Of a DNA stretch of 39,323 nt, positions 18,520-26,281 are shown one piece after another. How positions within the stretch are numbered: position 1 is the first letter of the stretch; every line of letters starts with the position of its first letter. Origin of the DNA: a virus. Its lineage: Duplodnaviria; Caudoviricetes. The stretch covers positions 1-39,323 of IMG/VR virus record IMGVR_UViG_3300010231_000020, one strand, 5' to 3'. Below the pieces are notes generated by a model. It was not told the DNA's origin. It made no database searches and saw nothing but the letters and a program-made list of their open reading frames with translations. Both the position numbers and the translations under genes were made by a program.

Positions 18520-18839
18520 TGAAACTGACTGACCTGAACCCGGCTTGGATCGGCTCTGGTGGCGACGGCGTGTTTAATGCCGATGGATCGCCAGTGCCGC
18601 GTCGAGAGGCCGTAGCACTCGAATTTGACTGCCCATGTGGTTGCGAGCATCCGGTAATCGTCACGCTGTCGAATCCTCCCGATGGCGGCCTTCCTTTCGA
18701 CGCGGGCCGGGATCGCCCGCGCTGGGAGCGCACTGGAACGGACTTCGAGACTCTCACCTTGACGCCGTCGATCCAGCGTGTTTATCCGAATCGCTGCTGG
18801 CATGGCTTCGTCACGAACGGCGAGATCATCACATGTTGA
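18519..18839 (+). CDS. Cys/His metal-binding protein, DUF6527-like (106 aa)
   Basis: CPCGC...W...TLTPSI...CWHGFVTNG motif; TAATG coupling. Confidence 0.75.
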   Translation: MKLTDLNPAWIGSGGDGVFNADGSPVPRREAVALEFDCPCGCEHPVIVTLSNPPDGGLPFDAGRDRPRWERTGTDFETLTLTPSIQRVYPNRCWHGFVTNGEIITC

Positions 18840-19396
18840 CGACGTTATGCGTGCGTCTCGGAATGCCGTATTGGGCTGCCGTCGCAATCCTGTGTGTCGC
18901 GTCGGCCTGTGCGGCGCTTTGGTACCGCGGCCATCTGGTCGACGCCGGAATTGCCATCGAGGCCGCTAGGCGCGATGCGATCGATGTCGAACGAGACCGG
19001 CAAGCGAAGTCGGAACTCGCAGACGCGAACGCCAGGGTGCGAAATGCCCAAGCCGACCTCGATGGCGCAATGAACAGCCTCGCCAAACTTCAATTGGAGC
19101 TCAACCATGAACAAGCTAACTCGGCTGCTCTGCAGTCTGACCTTGCTGCTGGCCGTCGCCGGCTGTCAGTCGCCATCACCGGGGCCTGCCGTGCTGCTCC
19201 AGAAGGACACTATCAAGGTGCGCCCGCTGCCGGGCTGGATCCTGCAGGCGGCCCAGCAACCGCAAGTCTCGATGGACGAGCTGCAGCGGATCTTGAATGG
19301 CTGCGGCAGACCAGGAACGACGCCATCGTCGGTCTGCAGTCCTGCGCCGCCGCTTACGGCGCAGTGAAAATAGCTTCGGAAAAGCAGGCGCCATGA
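18833..19396 (+). CDS. Rz: Rz-like inner-membrane spanin
   Basis: N-terminal TM segment, coiled coil, DLAAGRRRLSV motif; contains an embedded lipoprotein gene. Confidence 0.9.
   Translation: MLTTLCVRLGMPYWAAVAILCVASACAALWYRGHLVDAGIAIEAARRDAIDVERDRQAKSELADANARVRNAQADLDGAMNSLAKLQLELNHEQANSAALQSDLAAGRRRLSVAITGACRAAPEGHYQGAPAAGLDPAGGPATASLDGRAAADLEWLRQTRNDAIVGLQSCAAAYGAVKIASEKQAP
19107..19367 (+). CDS. Rz1: Rz1-like outer-membrane lipoprotein spanin, embedded in Rz
   Basis: +1 frame inside Rz, GGAG RBS, lipobox LAVAG-C, Pro-rich mature part. Confidence 0.88.
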   Translation: MNKLTRLLCSLTLLLAVAGCQSPSPGPAVLLQKDTIKVRPLPGWILQAAQQPQVSMDELQRILNGCGRPGTTPSSVCSPAPPLTAQ

Positions 19397-19445
19397 TGGA
19401 CTTCTACGTCATCACGCCCAGCGGCACGTACTTGATCATGAAGAC

Positions 19446-19667
19446 TCAAAATCGGTGCGTTCTAGAGGTATGGCCGGCGCCGGCGGACTCTCGGCCGCCC
19501 GTCTCTTTGCCGGCTCGCCCATCACCCGGCAAATAAGTCCGAAGTCCGAAGTCCGCGCCGCGGCTCGCCAAGAAGGCGGCTGCGGCGTGCGCACCGATGT
19601 GCTCGGCAACCATCACAGCGAGGTCGACGTCGGCTGAGAGGGTGCGGTTCGGGCGATCTATCGTCAT
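19446..19667 (-). CDS. Small hypothetical protein, possibly frameshifted by a 7-bp repeat
   Basis: MTIDRPNRTLSADVDLAVMVAEHIGAHAAAAFLASRGADFGL..., then runs through (AAGTCCG)x3. Confidence 0.55.
   Translation of the reverse strand: MTIDRPNRTLSADVDLAVMVAEHIGAHAAAAFLASRGADFGLRTYLPGDGRAGKETGGRESAGAGHTSRTHRF
19535..19555. repeat. Perfect heptamer tandem repeat (AAGTCCG)x3
   Basis: Copies at 19535-41, 19542-48 and 19549-55. Confidence 0.95.
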
Positions 19668-19754
19668 CCGTCGATCTTGGCCTTGACGCACGGTATCGCC
19701 CTGATGTTAATCAAAGTTCAATCGAGGCCTTTATATACTGGAGCTTGCTGCAGG

Positions 19755-20765
19755 TCAGTCTAGACGCGAGGCCATGGCCTCGGCGGTTTCGTTGTAGTAC
19801 ACCTGTAGTTGTTTGAGATCACGGTGTCCGACCATGCGCGCTAGGTCGAGCACATTTAGTTTTTTCGCTAACCGAGTGATGGCAAGGTGTCGTGTATCGT
19901 GGAATGTGGCGTCGTCGACGCCGGCCCTAATTCGCGCTTTGCGGAATAGAGTATCGAGCGACTTTGCAGTGACGCCGAACAGCGTGCCGTCGCCCTCGGG
20001 TAGAGGCAGCAGCTCGAGCAGCTCCACAGCGCGTTTCGATAGCGGCACCTTTCGCTTGGTGCCATTCTTCGTCTCGGTGAGGGTGGCGACGCGGCCGGAC
20101 ACGTCGCGCGGCACCAGACCGCAGATCTCGCCTGCGCGCATGGCTGTCTCGATCGCGAACAAAAAGGCTACGGCTATCCGCTGGCTGACCGTCTCGATGT
20201 GCTCCTCGCTGTCAAGGTCGAAGCCCAGGGCCAAGCAAATCCGCTCGATCTCGTCGTCGGTGTACAGTCGATCACGAGGCTCCGATTCTTTCGGGCGCCG
20301 GACGTTCGAAGTCGGGCTGGACGCAATCCACTTCCACTCTTTGGCGGCGGTCGCAAAGACGTTCGAAAGCAGGTTCAGCTCGCGGTTGACGGTCGAGCCG
20401 CTCATCTTGTCGATATTAATGCGATGGTCTCGCCACTTGCCGAGCACCTCGGAGCTCGCGTCGACCAGCCGCATGTCGCGGAACGGCTTGCCGTTGATCT
20501 CCCACTTGCCGATTGCCGCCAGCCGGAGAGTCTCGAAGCGATGTCCGCGCTTAGTGACAGAGACTTCCTTTTCGTAACGATCGAACGCATCGCCGACTGT
20601 TCGTCCAGCCTGAATTCCGGTTGCCTTGCCGGCGCGGATCTCGGTCTCGCGTGCCGTTGCCCATGCTACGGCCTCAGCCTTGGTTGAAAGTACTTTTGAT
20701 TCTCGGATGCCCTGGATCGCGATCTGCGCGCGCCAGCCGTTCGACCGTTTTGCATATGAAGCCAC
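19755..20765 (-). CDS. int: Tyrosine recombinase (phage integrase)
   Basis: Catalytic residues R (TAMRAGE), K (TKNG), HxxR (FHDTRH), H (GHRD), Y (VYYN). N-terminal arm-binding domain. GTG start. Confidence 0.96.
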   Translation of the reverse strand: MASYAKRSNGWRAQIAIQGIRESKVLSTKAEAVAWATARETEIRAGKATGIQAGRTVGDAFDRYEKEVSVTKRGHRFETLRLAAIGKWEINGKPFRDMRLVDASSEVLGKWRDHRINIDKMSGSTVNRELNLLSNVFATAAKEWKWIASSPTSNVRRPKESEPRDRLYTDDEIERICLALGFDLDSEEHIETVSQRIAVAFLFAIETAMRAGEICGLVPRDVSGRVATLTETKNGTKRKVPLSKRAVELLELLPLPEGDGTLFGVTAKSLDTLFRKARIRAGVDDATFHDTRHLAITRLAKKLNVLDLARMVGHRDLKQLQVYYNETAEAMASRLD

Positions 20766-20778
20766 GCCCTAAACTCCA

Positions 20779-21020
20779 GCTGAGTAAACCCGTGCGTAAT
20801 TATGGCGTAAAACGTGCGTAATGAGGAGCGAGATAAAGCGGTGAAAAGCGTGGAAGTGTCGAAGGCCACTTGACCTGTTTCTGTTCCTAAGTTGTTGATT
20901 TAACTCGGGAAGCGGGGAAAAGCGGTACATCGCGTTGCAAGCTGTTGGTGCCTCCGGCCGGAATCCAAATAATAATAAAATCAAGGGCTTATTGGGTGGC
21001 GTGAGTAATTCGTGCGTAGC
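20779..21020. other. attP region: arm repeats, IHF site, core, IHF site, arm repeats
   Basis: CGTGCGTAAT at 20791 and 20813, CGTGAGTAAT at 21000, CGTGCGTAGC at 21011. WATCAANNNNTTR matches at 20888-20900 (-) and 20979-20991 (+). Confidence 0.85.
20946..20965 (-). other. att core: 3' end of a tRNA gene (T-loop to CCA); not a full tRNA
   Basis: Minus strand reads GATT CCGGC CGGAGGC A CCA = part of the T-loop, 3' T-stem, acceptor strand, discriminator, CCA. Confidence 0.88.
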
Positions 21021-21122
21021 GTGAAAACTTTTTTTCTTATCTGTATTTTTTGCACACTAGCAACCTTTGATATGTGCATTGTAGTATTGTTTGGTGTCAT
21101 AACTACAAGGCAAGGGATTCCA

Positions 21123-21827
21123 ATGTCGAAGAGAAAGCAAAACCATATCAAACATGCTGTGGCACTGACGCTTGTAGCCGGCATGCTGCTGGGCTGCTCA
21201 GACCCGCACAAGTTCGAGATCGCGAAGTTGACTGAGGAGCAGAAGGCGGAGATGGGCAAAAAGCTCACCGCTGATGAGGGTAACAAGTTGGCAGGTTACA
21301 TCATGCGGACATCGTTCGCTGGCAAGGGCCTTCCATCCGGCGTGACCGTCGGGCAAGCCATCAAAGAGCAGGACGAGTGGATCGAAAAGGAAAAAGTCGA
21401 AGCAGCCAAGGCTGAGGAGCTGAAGAAGAAAGTTGAGGCTGAACGCAAAGCTCAGCAGGAGGCATTTGCGAAAATGCTTTCCGTTGCGCTTGTCGCGAAG
21501 CGTAATTCCACCGGAGAGTACGACCAACGCATGGTATTACTCGACTTGGCATTCGATAACAAAAGCGATAAGGACATTGCCGGGGTAAAAGGTGTGCTTC
21601 ATCTCAAGGATATGTTCGGCGACAAAATCGTGAATATTGGATGGTCGTTCGACGAAGGTGTTGGAGCTAAGCAAACTAAAGTTGAGCGGGGTAGCGGTCT
21701 TAAGATCAACCGCTTTATGGACAACGATATGAAGCTCTGGAACGCTGAGCAAGAAAAAATTACTGCGGTCTATGAGGTTAAAACGATAGTGTTTAAGGAC
21801 GGCACACGAATGGATGCTCCGGAATAA
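21123..21827 (+). CDS. Lipoprotein moron (234 aa), possible superinfection exclusion or lysogenic conversion
   Basis: Lipobox MLLG-C, coiled coil plus beta domain, lower GC, AT-rich upstream region, opposite strand to its neighbours. Confidence 0.85.
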   Translation: MSKRKQNHIKHAVALTLVAGMLLGCSDPHKFEIAKLTEEQKAEMGKKLTADEGNKLAGYIMRTSFAGKGLPSGVTVGQAIKEQDEWIEKEKVEAAKAEELKKKVEAERKAQQEAFAKMLSVALVAKRNSTGEYDQRMVLLDLAFDNKSDKDIAGVKGVLHLKDMFGDKIVNIGWSFDEGVGAKQTKVERGSGLKINRFMDNDMKLWNAEQEKITAVYEVKTIVFKDGTRMDAPE

Positions 21828-21855
21828 GGTCCTCTCAAGCTCCGTTAGATCCACG

Positions 21856-21882
21856 AAAAAAGCCACCGTATGGTGGCTTTTC
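21856..21882. terminator. Bidirectional intrinsic terminator
   Basis: AAAAAAGCCACC-GTAT-GGTGGCTTTT between convergent genes. Confidence 0.88.
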
Positions 21883-21922
21883 GATTCCGGATTTCGGAAC
21901 CGTTTCGATTCCCGCTTGTGCC

Positions 21923-22192
21923 TCAGTGTTTGTCCTGGTACTTCATCATCCACGCGAGCACGTCCTTAGCACGATAGCGAGCATGACCCCGCCCACCACT
22001 GGTTGTTGGCAGTCGGATCGCCTTAGGGAAGTCTGGTTGCGGCGCCAGGCGCTCACGTACCTGGGCTTCGCTGAGCTTCAGGCACTGCGCGATCGTTGCA
22101 ACGTCCCACACGTCGTACTCGATCGGGATCTGCGGACGGAGGCGGTCGGCTACGGCCGCGGCAAGGCGCTCGATCAGGTTGTCATCAGTCAC
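21923..22192 (-). CDS. Excisionase / AlpA-like winged-helix protein
   Basis: WDVATIAQCL.LS...V......PDFPKAIRL...RYRAKDVLAW. Last gene of the leftward operon, near attP. GTG start at 22192 with GAGGAG RBS. Confidence 0.8.
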   Translation of the reverse strand: MTDDNLIERLAAAVADRLRPQIPIEYDVWDVATIAQCLKLSEAQVRERLAPQPDFPKAIRLPTTSGGRGHARYRAKDVLAWMMKYQDKH

Positions 22193-22454
22193 GTTGCTTC
22201 TCCTCACATGCTTCGTGTTTCGTGGCTTTGATCTGGACGTTGCTGCTATCGATGCCGTCGCGGATTCCGGCCAGGTACACGATCATCGCAACCCGCCCGC
22301 CATCGTGGTACAACGTCAGCCCATTGATAAACTGATGCAGGCCCTCATGCACAACAGGCCTGGCGCAGTGTGCGGACTTGAGTAGTAGAGCCTGATGTTT
22401 GTATGCGCCTGGGTCCAGCGGCGCGACCTGGTCGGCATCAACTGGCCTGGTCAT
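22185..22454 (-). CDS. Hypothetical protein (89 aa)
   Basis: Overlap-coupled to both neighbours in the leftward operon. Confidence 0.7.
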   Translation of the reverse strand: MTRPVDADQVAPLDPGAYKHQALLLKSAHCARPVVHEGLHQFINGLTLYHDGGRVAMIVYLAGIRDGIDSSNVQIKATKHEACEEKQRD

Positions 22455-23191
22455 GCTGCCCGCCGTCCATCGAGCGGCGCCGAAGTCGGCGGCGGCTGCG
22501 TGTTCTCGTTGAAGTCGCCCATGTCGAGCCGATGCAGCAGATATTCGCGGAAGACCTCGAGCCCGCCGTTGGCGATCTCGTGAGCGATCGCGCGATAGAA
22601 ATCGCGGGGACGGGCTGGCGGCACCTCGACGACGACGAAGCGCCGGCTCCCGGTGTCGACCGGCAGAAAATCGTCACGGTTCGTGAGGTAGACGAAATTC
22701 ATGCGGTTGACGACCGAACACGGCGCATGCCCTTTGAGCGTGATCTCGAAGGATTCCGTTGCTTGATACGCTTTCATGCGATCTAAGTGTCGCGAAGAGA
22801 AGTCGCCATCGACCACCACCAGGGCTGCGCCGACCGCCCAGTAGTTGAATGTGCTGTGCAGGTCGCTCGGACGAATTTTCGCTGCGTTGTCGCCGTGAAG
22901 TGCGGCGGCAACGTGCGTGAAGAACAGGCTCTTACCGGAGCCCTGGCCGCCGTTGAATATGAGCGCAGTCGACATCTTCGAGCCCGGGTTGCGCAGCGGG
23001 TAGGCTAGCCAGCGCAGGACGTACTGTTGCATGTCATCGTCCATGTCGCACAGGTGGGCGACGAGCGTGAGGATGTTGCCGCAGTGCGCCGGTCGTGCTT
23101 GCGCCGGCGTGCTGTGCTTGTTGGGCACGCCAGTCAAAGCGTTGTACATACTGGCAAAGCGCCGCTGGATGTTCTTGATGATCTGTTTCAT
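22451..23191 (-). CDS. Stand-alone SF3/D5-like (DUF5906-type) NTPase domain, paralog of the primase-helicase C-terminus, with degenerate Walker B
   Basis: Shares LRWLAYPLRNPG.KM, GSGK, MNFV.L.N, RR and LDMGDF with 29344..32259. Walker B is VVVDG versus MVADE. Confidence 0.88.
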   Translation of the reverse strand: MKQIIKNIQRRFASMYNALTGVPNKHSTPAQARPAHCGNILTLVAHLCDMDDDMQQYVLRWLAYPLRNPGSKMSTALIFNGGQGSGKSLFFTHVAAALHGDNAAKIRPSDLHSTFNYWAVGAALVVVDGDFSSRHLDRMKAYQATESFEITLKGHAPCSVVNRMNFVYLTNRDDFLPVDTGSRRFVVVEVPPARPRDFYRAIAHEIANGGLEVFREYLLHRLDMGDFNENTQPPPTSAPLDGRRAA

Positions 23192-23199
23192 GGGTATCC

Positions 23200-23445
23200 T
23201 CAGGTTATGGTGAGCGGGTCGTTTGTACTAATGCTGGGCCAGTCGGGGTGCTGCTTCAGCCAGGGCGCAATGGTGTCCGCCAGTTCGGTCAGCGCATTGG
23301 CGTTTACGCGCAGATCCGTGGTAATCAAGTCGACGTACGCCGTGTATTGGCGCTCACGCCAGTAAGTAAGCTGTTTAGAAAGATCGCGTCGAGCGTCGAG
23401 CAGGGCTCGCGCGATCGCGCTGATCGTGTGTTCGCTAAGCTTCAT
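23200..23445 (-). CDS. Hypothetical protein (81 aa)
   Basis: ATGA overlap with parB; helical sequence. Confidence 0.7.
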   Translation of the reverse strand: MKLSEHTISAIARALLDARRDLSKQLTYWRERQYTAYVDLITTDLRVNANALTELADTIAPWLKQHPDWPSISTNDPLTIT

Positions 23446-25649
23446 GACTTCGCCTTTGCCGTCGCCGTCGCCGTCGCTTTTTTGCTGGTCGTGGCCTGGG
23501 CCTTCTTCGCCGGTGCCTGCTTCGCCTTAGCCTTTTTCTCGGGTGCAGACGTCTGCACTTCGCGATCGGTCGACGTCGGTGTCACTTCCGCCAGCTGCTC
23601 GGCGAGCTGTGCGCCTTCGTCCTGGTCTTGGGCTGGCGCCTGTTCGGCCGCCACTTGAGGAGGATCGGTTTGCTCGGTCGTTGCCGGAGTCTCTGCAGGT
23701 GCTGCAGATGGGGTCGCGTCGACCTGCTCGGCGACAGTGGTCGACAGAGTGTCCTCAGTATGTTCGGCCGTCGACGCCGACACTTTCTCGAAGTTTGTTC
23801 CGTTCCAGTTGTACCCAAAGTGGTTCGCCGCCACGGCAAGCTGGCCGGTCAAATCACCACGTGGGCTTGCGTTGATTGCGGTGTTCAGTTCGTTAATTCG
23901 GTCGGGGTTGTCCTTGAGGAATTCCATCAGGTCGTCGTACTGCATGTTGGTGACGTTGATCGAAACATGGACCGGCTCATCATTGACTATGGGTGTCTCG
24001 GGCTGAAGTGCCTCGGCGCGAATTGCGTCGACGTCGATGCCCTCATGGCGTGCCATTGCCATGATCGGTGCGAATTCGTCGTCGTCCGCGTCGCCGTGCC
24101 ACCAAGCCGCATCGAGGCGGTCACCGAGCATGAGGTCCAGCAGAAGCAGTTGCAGTGCGTTGGCGTCGGCGTGATTGATGAATTCGTCCAGGTCGGTGCG
24201 TACGTCGAAGTCGTAAAGGCTGTGTACGTCAGAATCGAGACCTCGATCGTCATGAACTGCCCGGACATACTCTCGTAGTGACAAAAGGCTGAGGCCAGCG
24301 ATACTTGCGCGTTGACGGAGCTGCTTGTAGACGGAAAGGCGGAAGGCACTTTCCTTTTCCTTTTGTGCCCGGGCCGCTGCGTGTTCCTCCGCTTCCTTCT
24401 CTCGCCTCAACTGCGCCGCCGTCTTGGTTGGCGCCAGCTCGGGATTTTCGGCAATCGACTGCATGCGTTCTGCGTGTGCTTCGACGGTTTCACAGGCGCC
24501 CACCGCCTCAAGAGCTCGCTGCACATCAGTGCGACGGTAGAAGACAATGACTTGGTCATCACCTTTCTTAGCGTATGCGGCGGCAGCGGGCAGCGTGTCG
24601 CTGTTCAGATGGTCCTTGACGTAGCCGGAGTTTCCCGTCGCAGGAGCATTGCGCTCGAAGTAGCTCAGGTGCATGTCGGCATGCACCAGCTCCGAATCCC
24701 GGCTCCATGACTTGCTGATCAAGGCGTGCATTTCGGAGGCTTCGAATATGGGAATGCCTTTTTTGTTAGCGGCCGTGATCGTTGCGTTGTAATGGGCTGC
24801 CTTCTTCTCGGCAAAGCAGTCCGGATCGGTGCATACGTTAGGGTCGATTCCTTCGAAGACCTCCGGCTGATTGCCGGCGCGCTTGGGGCATTTGACGCAT
24901 GACCCGGCCGAGGCCAGCAGCTTCGCATCGCTGAGCGAAAAAACGGCCGCTCCCAGTTTAAGCATGTAGCGATTTTGGATATGAGTGGCGGCCGCACGAT
25001 GGGACATCGTGTTGCCCTGCCAGTCCGGCGTCAGGATTTCAGTCGCGGCCTTGATCTGCAGCGCCGGCACGGGGATGCGCGCCACGAGCAAGGCGGTAGA
25101 CGCCGACAGTTTGTCGTCCAAAAACATCTCGCGGACTTCAGACGTCAGGGCGCACAGCTTGAGGCGGCCGTAGATATAAGCGCGGCTTTTCTTCACCTCG
25201 TCGACCAGCTGGTCAGCCGAGAAGCCGTGCTGCAGCATGAGTAGTTGGTAGCCTTCGGCTTCTTCCATCGGGTGAGGATCTTCGCGCTGAAGGTTCTCAA
25301 GGATGCGGATCCTGGCCGCGTCCAGATCGCTCAGCTGGCGGCACAACGCGGGGATGTGGGTTTTGCCGGCGATCTTCGATGCGCGAAACCTACGCTCTCC
25401 GGCGACGATCTCGAACTCCTCGGTCGCATCGGCGGTCGGCGTCACGGGACGGATCAGGATCGCTTGGGCGACGCCCATTGCCTTGATGCTCGCAGCCAAC
25501 TCCTGCAGCCCCTGTTCGCTGAAGCGCTTACGGTTGTCGGGCGACGCGCGCATGTTTTCGATCGCGTACAGGCCGTACGTTCCCTGGTCGCTGACGCCCG
25601 CGGCGGTGATGATTGGTTGATCGGTAGTGGCGAGTTCGGTCGAGGTCAT
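23442..25649 (-). CDS. parB: ParB/RepB/Spo0J-family protein (735 aa) with Cys cluster and Lys/Ala-rich tail
   Basis: ELAASIK..GV.Q.I.IRP, IVAGERRFRA, ENLQREDPHPMEEAEGY, HTH, CVKCPKR...CTDPDCF. Confidence 0.9.
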   Translation of the reverse strand: MTSTELATTDQPIITAAGVSDQGTYGLYAIENMRASPDNRKRFSEQGLQELAASIKAMGVAQAILIRPVTPTADATEEFEIVAGERRFRASKIAGKTHIPALCRQLSDLDAARIRILENLQREDPHPMEEAEGYQLLMLQHGFSADQLVDEVKKSRAYIYGRLKLCALTSEVREMFLDDKLSASTALLVARIPVPALQIKAATEILTPDWQGNTMSHRAAATHIQNRYMLKLGAAVFSLSDAKLLASAGSCVKCPKRAGNQPEVFEGIDPNVCTDPDCFAEKKAAHYNATITAANKKGIPIFEASEMHALISKSWSRDSELVHADMHLSYFERNAPATGNSGYVKDHLNSDTLPAAAAYAKKGDDQVIVFYRRTDVQRALEAVGACETVEAHAERMQSIAENPELAPTKTAAQLRREKEAEEHAAARAQKEKESAFRLSVYKQLRQRASIAGLSLLSLREYVRAVHDDRGLDSDVHSLYDFDVRTDLDEFINHADANALQLLLLDLMLGDRLDAAWWHGDADDDEFAPIMAMARHEGIDVDAIRAEALQPETPIVNDEPVHVSINVTNMQYDDLMEFLKDNPDRINELNTAINASPRGDLTGQLAVAANHFGYNWNGTNFEKVSASTAEHTEDTLSTTVAEQVDATPSAAPAETPATTEQTDPPQVAAEQAPAQDQDEGAQLAEQLAEVTPTSTDREVQTSAPEKKAKAKQAPAKKAQATTSKKATATATAKAKS

Positions 25650-26017
25650 GCGTGCTCCAGGTTGGATGGTTGAGGTTTCTTGACGGGGCGAGTCTTGTCC
25701 GCGTCAGGCGTAAAAAAACCGAGGTCGAATTCGGCCCGGTGAATGCGGATGTGCACGAGCCACGCGGTATATCCGCGCTGCGGCTGGTGGGGTGCGTGAA
25801 CTGGCTCAGATACCTGATAGCCCCGGTCGCGCATGAGCTGCAGCACGTGCGGCAGATGTAGACGTTTGCCGTCCTGTGATACCTGGTCGGGTGTGCAGAC
25901 GTGTGCACTGCAGAAGCGCGTTAGTTCGACTCGGTCGCGAGCGTCTTCGAGTGCTTGATGTAATGCGTCTGTGCCAAGAGGCGTCGTGCGAGCTCGGGCG
26001 TTGGGTTTGCGGCTCAT
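25646..26017 (-). CDS. Hypothetical protein (123 aa)
   Basis: ATGA coupling at both ends. Confidence 0.75.
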   Translation of the reverse strand: MSRKPNARARTTPLGTDALHQALEDARDRVELTRFCSAHVCTPDQVSQDGKRLHLPHVLQLMRDRGYQVSEPVHAPHQPQRGYTAWLVHIRIHRAEFDLGFFTPDADKTRPVKKPQPSNLEHA

Positions 26018-26160
26018 GCTGGTACTACCGTAATGCCGAAGACATCGTCGCCTTGTTCATTGGCGACAGAGTCGTAAGCGGAAGTAGAGCTGTACGCAGC
26101 GCGGTAAAACTGTTGGGGCAGACGAGCGCCTATGCGCAAAGTCACTAGAAAATATGACAC
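26014..26160 (-). CDS. Small protein (48 aa, MSYFLVTLRIGARLPQQFYRAAYSS...FGITVVPA), absent from the ORF track
   Basis: GTG start with AAAGGA RBS; stop overlaps the next ATG (ATGA at 26017-26014). Confidence 0.7.
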   Translation of the reverse strand: MSYFLVTLRIGARLPQQFYRAAYSSTSAYDSVANEQGDDVFGITVVPA

Positions 26161-26281
26161 GAGTGCATCCTTTCAACATTGTTGGAAGAGGTGCACTGAC
26201 GCTCCGTAGACATGCGGAATTGCGACATTGTGCCCTCCAGTTCGCGGCTCAATAAGTGATGAGCTGGTCACGCTGGAGAGA

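Noticed and set aside
19393-19536. 47-aa plus-strand ORF coupled to the Rz stop (MMDFYVITPSG...)
   Set aside because: It has an ATGA overlap but lies antisense to the 19446..19667 gene and has no recognisable features; unresolved, so not called.
19736-19755. CTG-N10-CAG as a LexA box
   Set aside because: GC-rich spacer and poor match to CTGT-N8-ACAG; induction is already explained by the S24 domain of CI.
20946-20965. tRNA gene
   Set aside because: Only the 3' 20 nt are present, with no D-arm or anticodon arm. It is the att core.
21879-21913. TTCGATTCC twice, resembling tRNA T-loops or a second att
   Set aside because: Short matches without an acceptor stem or CCA; likely chance, or part of terminator-adjacent structure.
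22451-23191. Helicase paralog as a pseudogene or misassembled duplicate
   Set aside because: The ORF is uninterrupted, has its own RBS and unique N-terminus, is coupled to the next gene, and is too diverged at DNA level to be an assembly duplicate.
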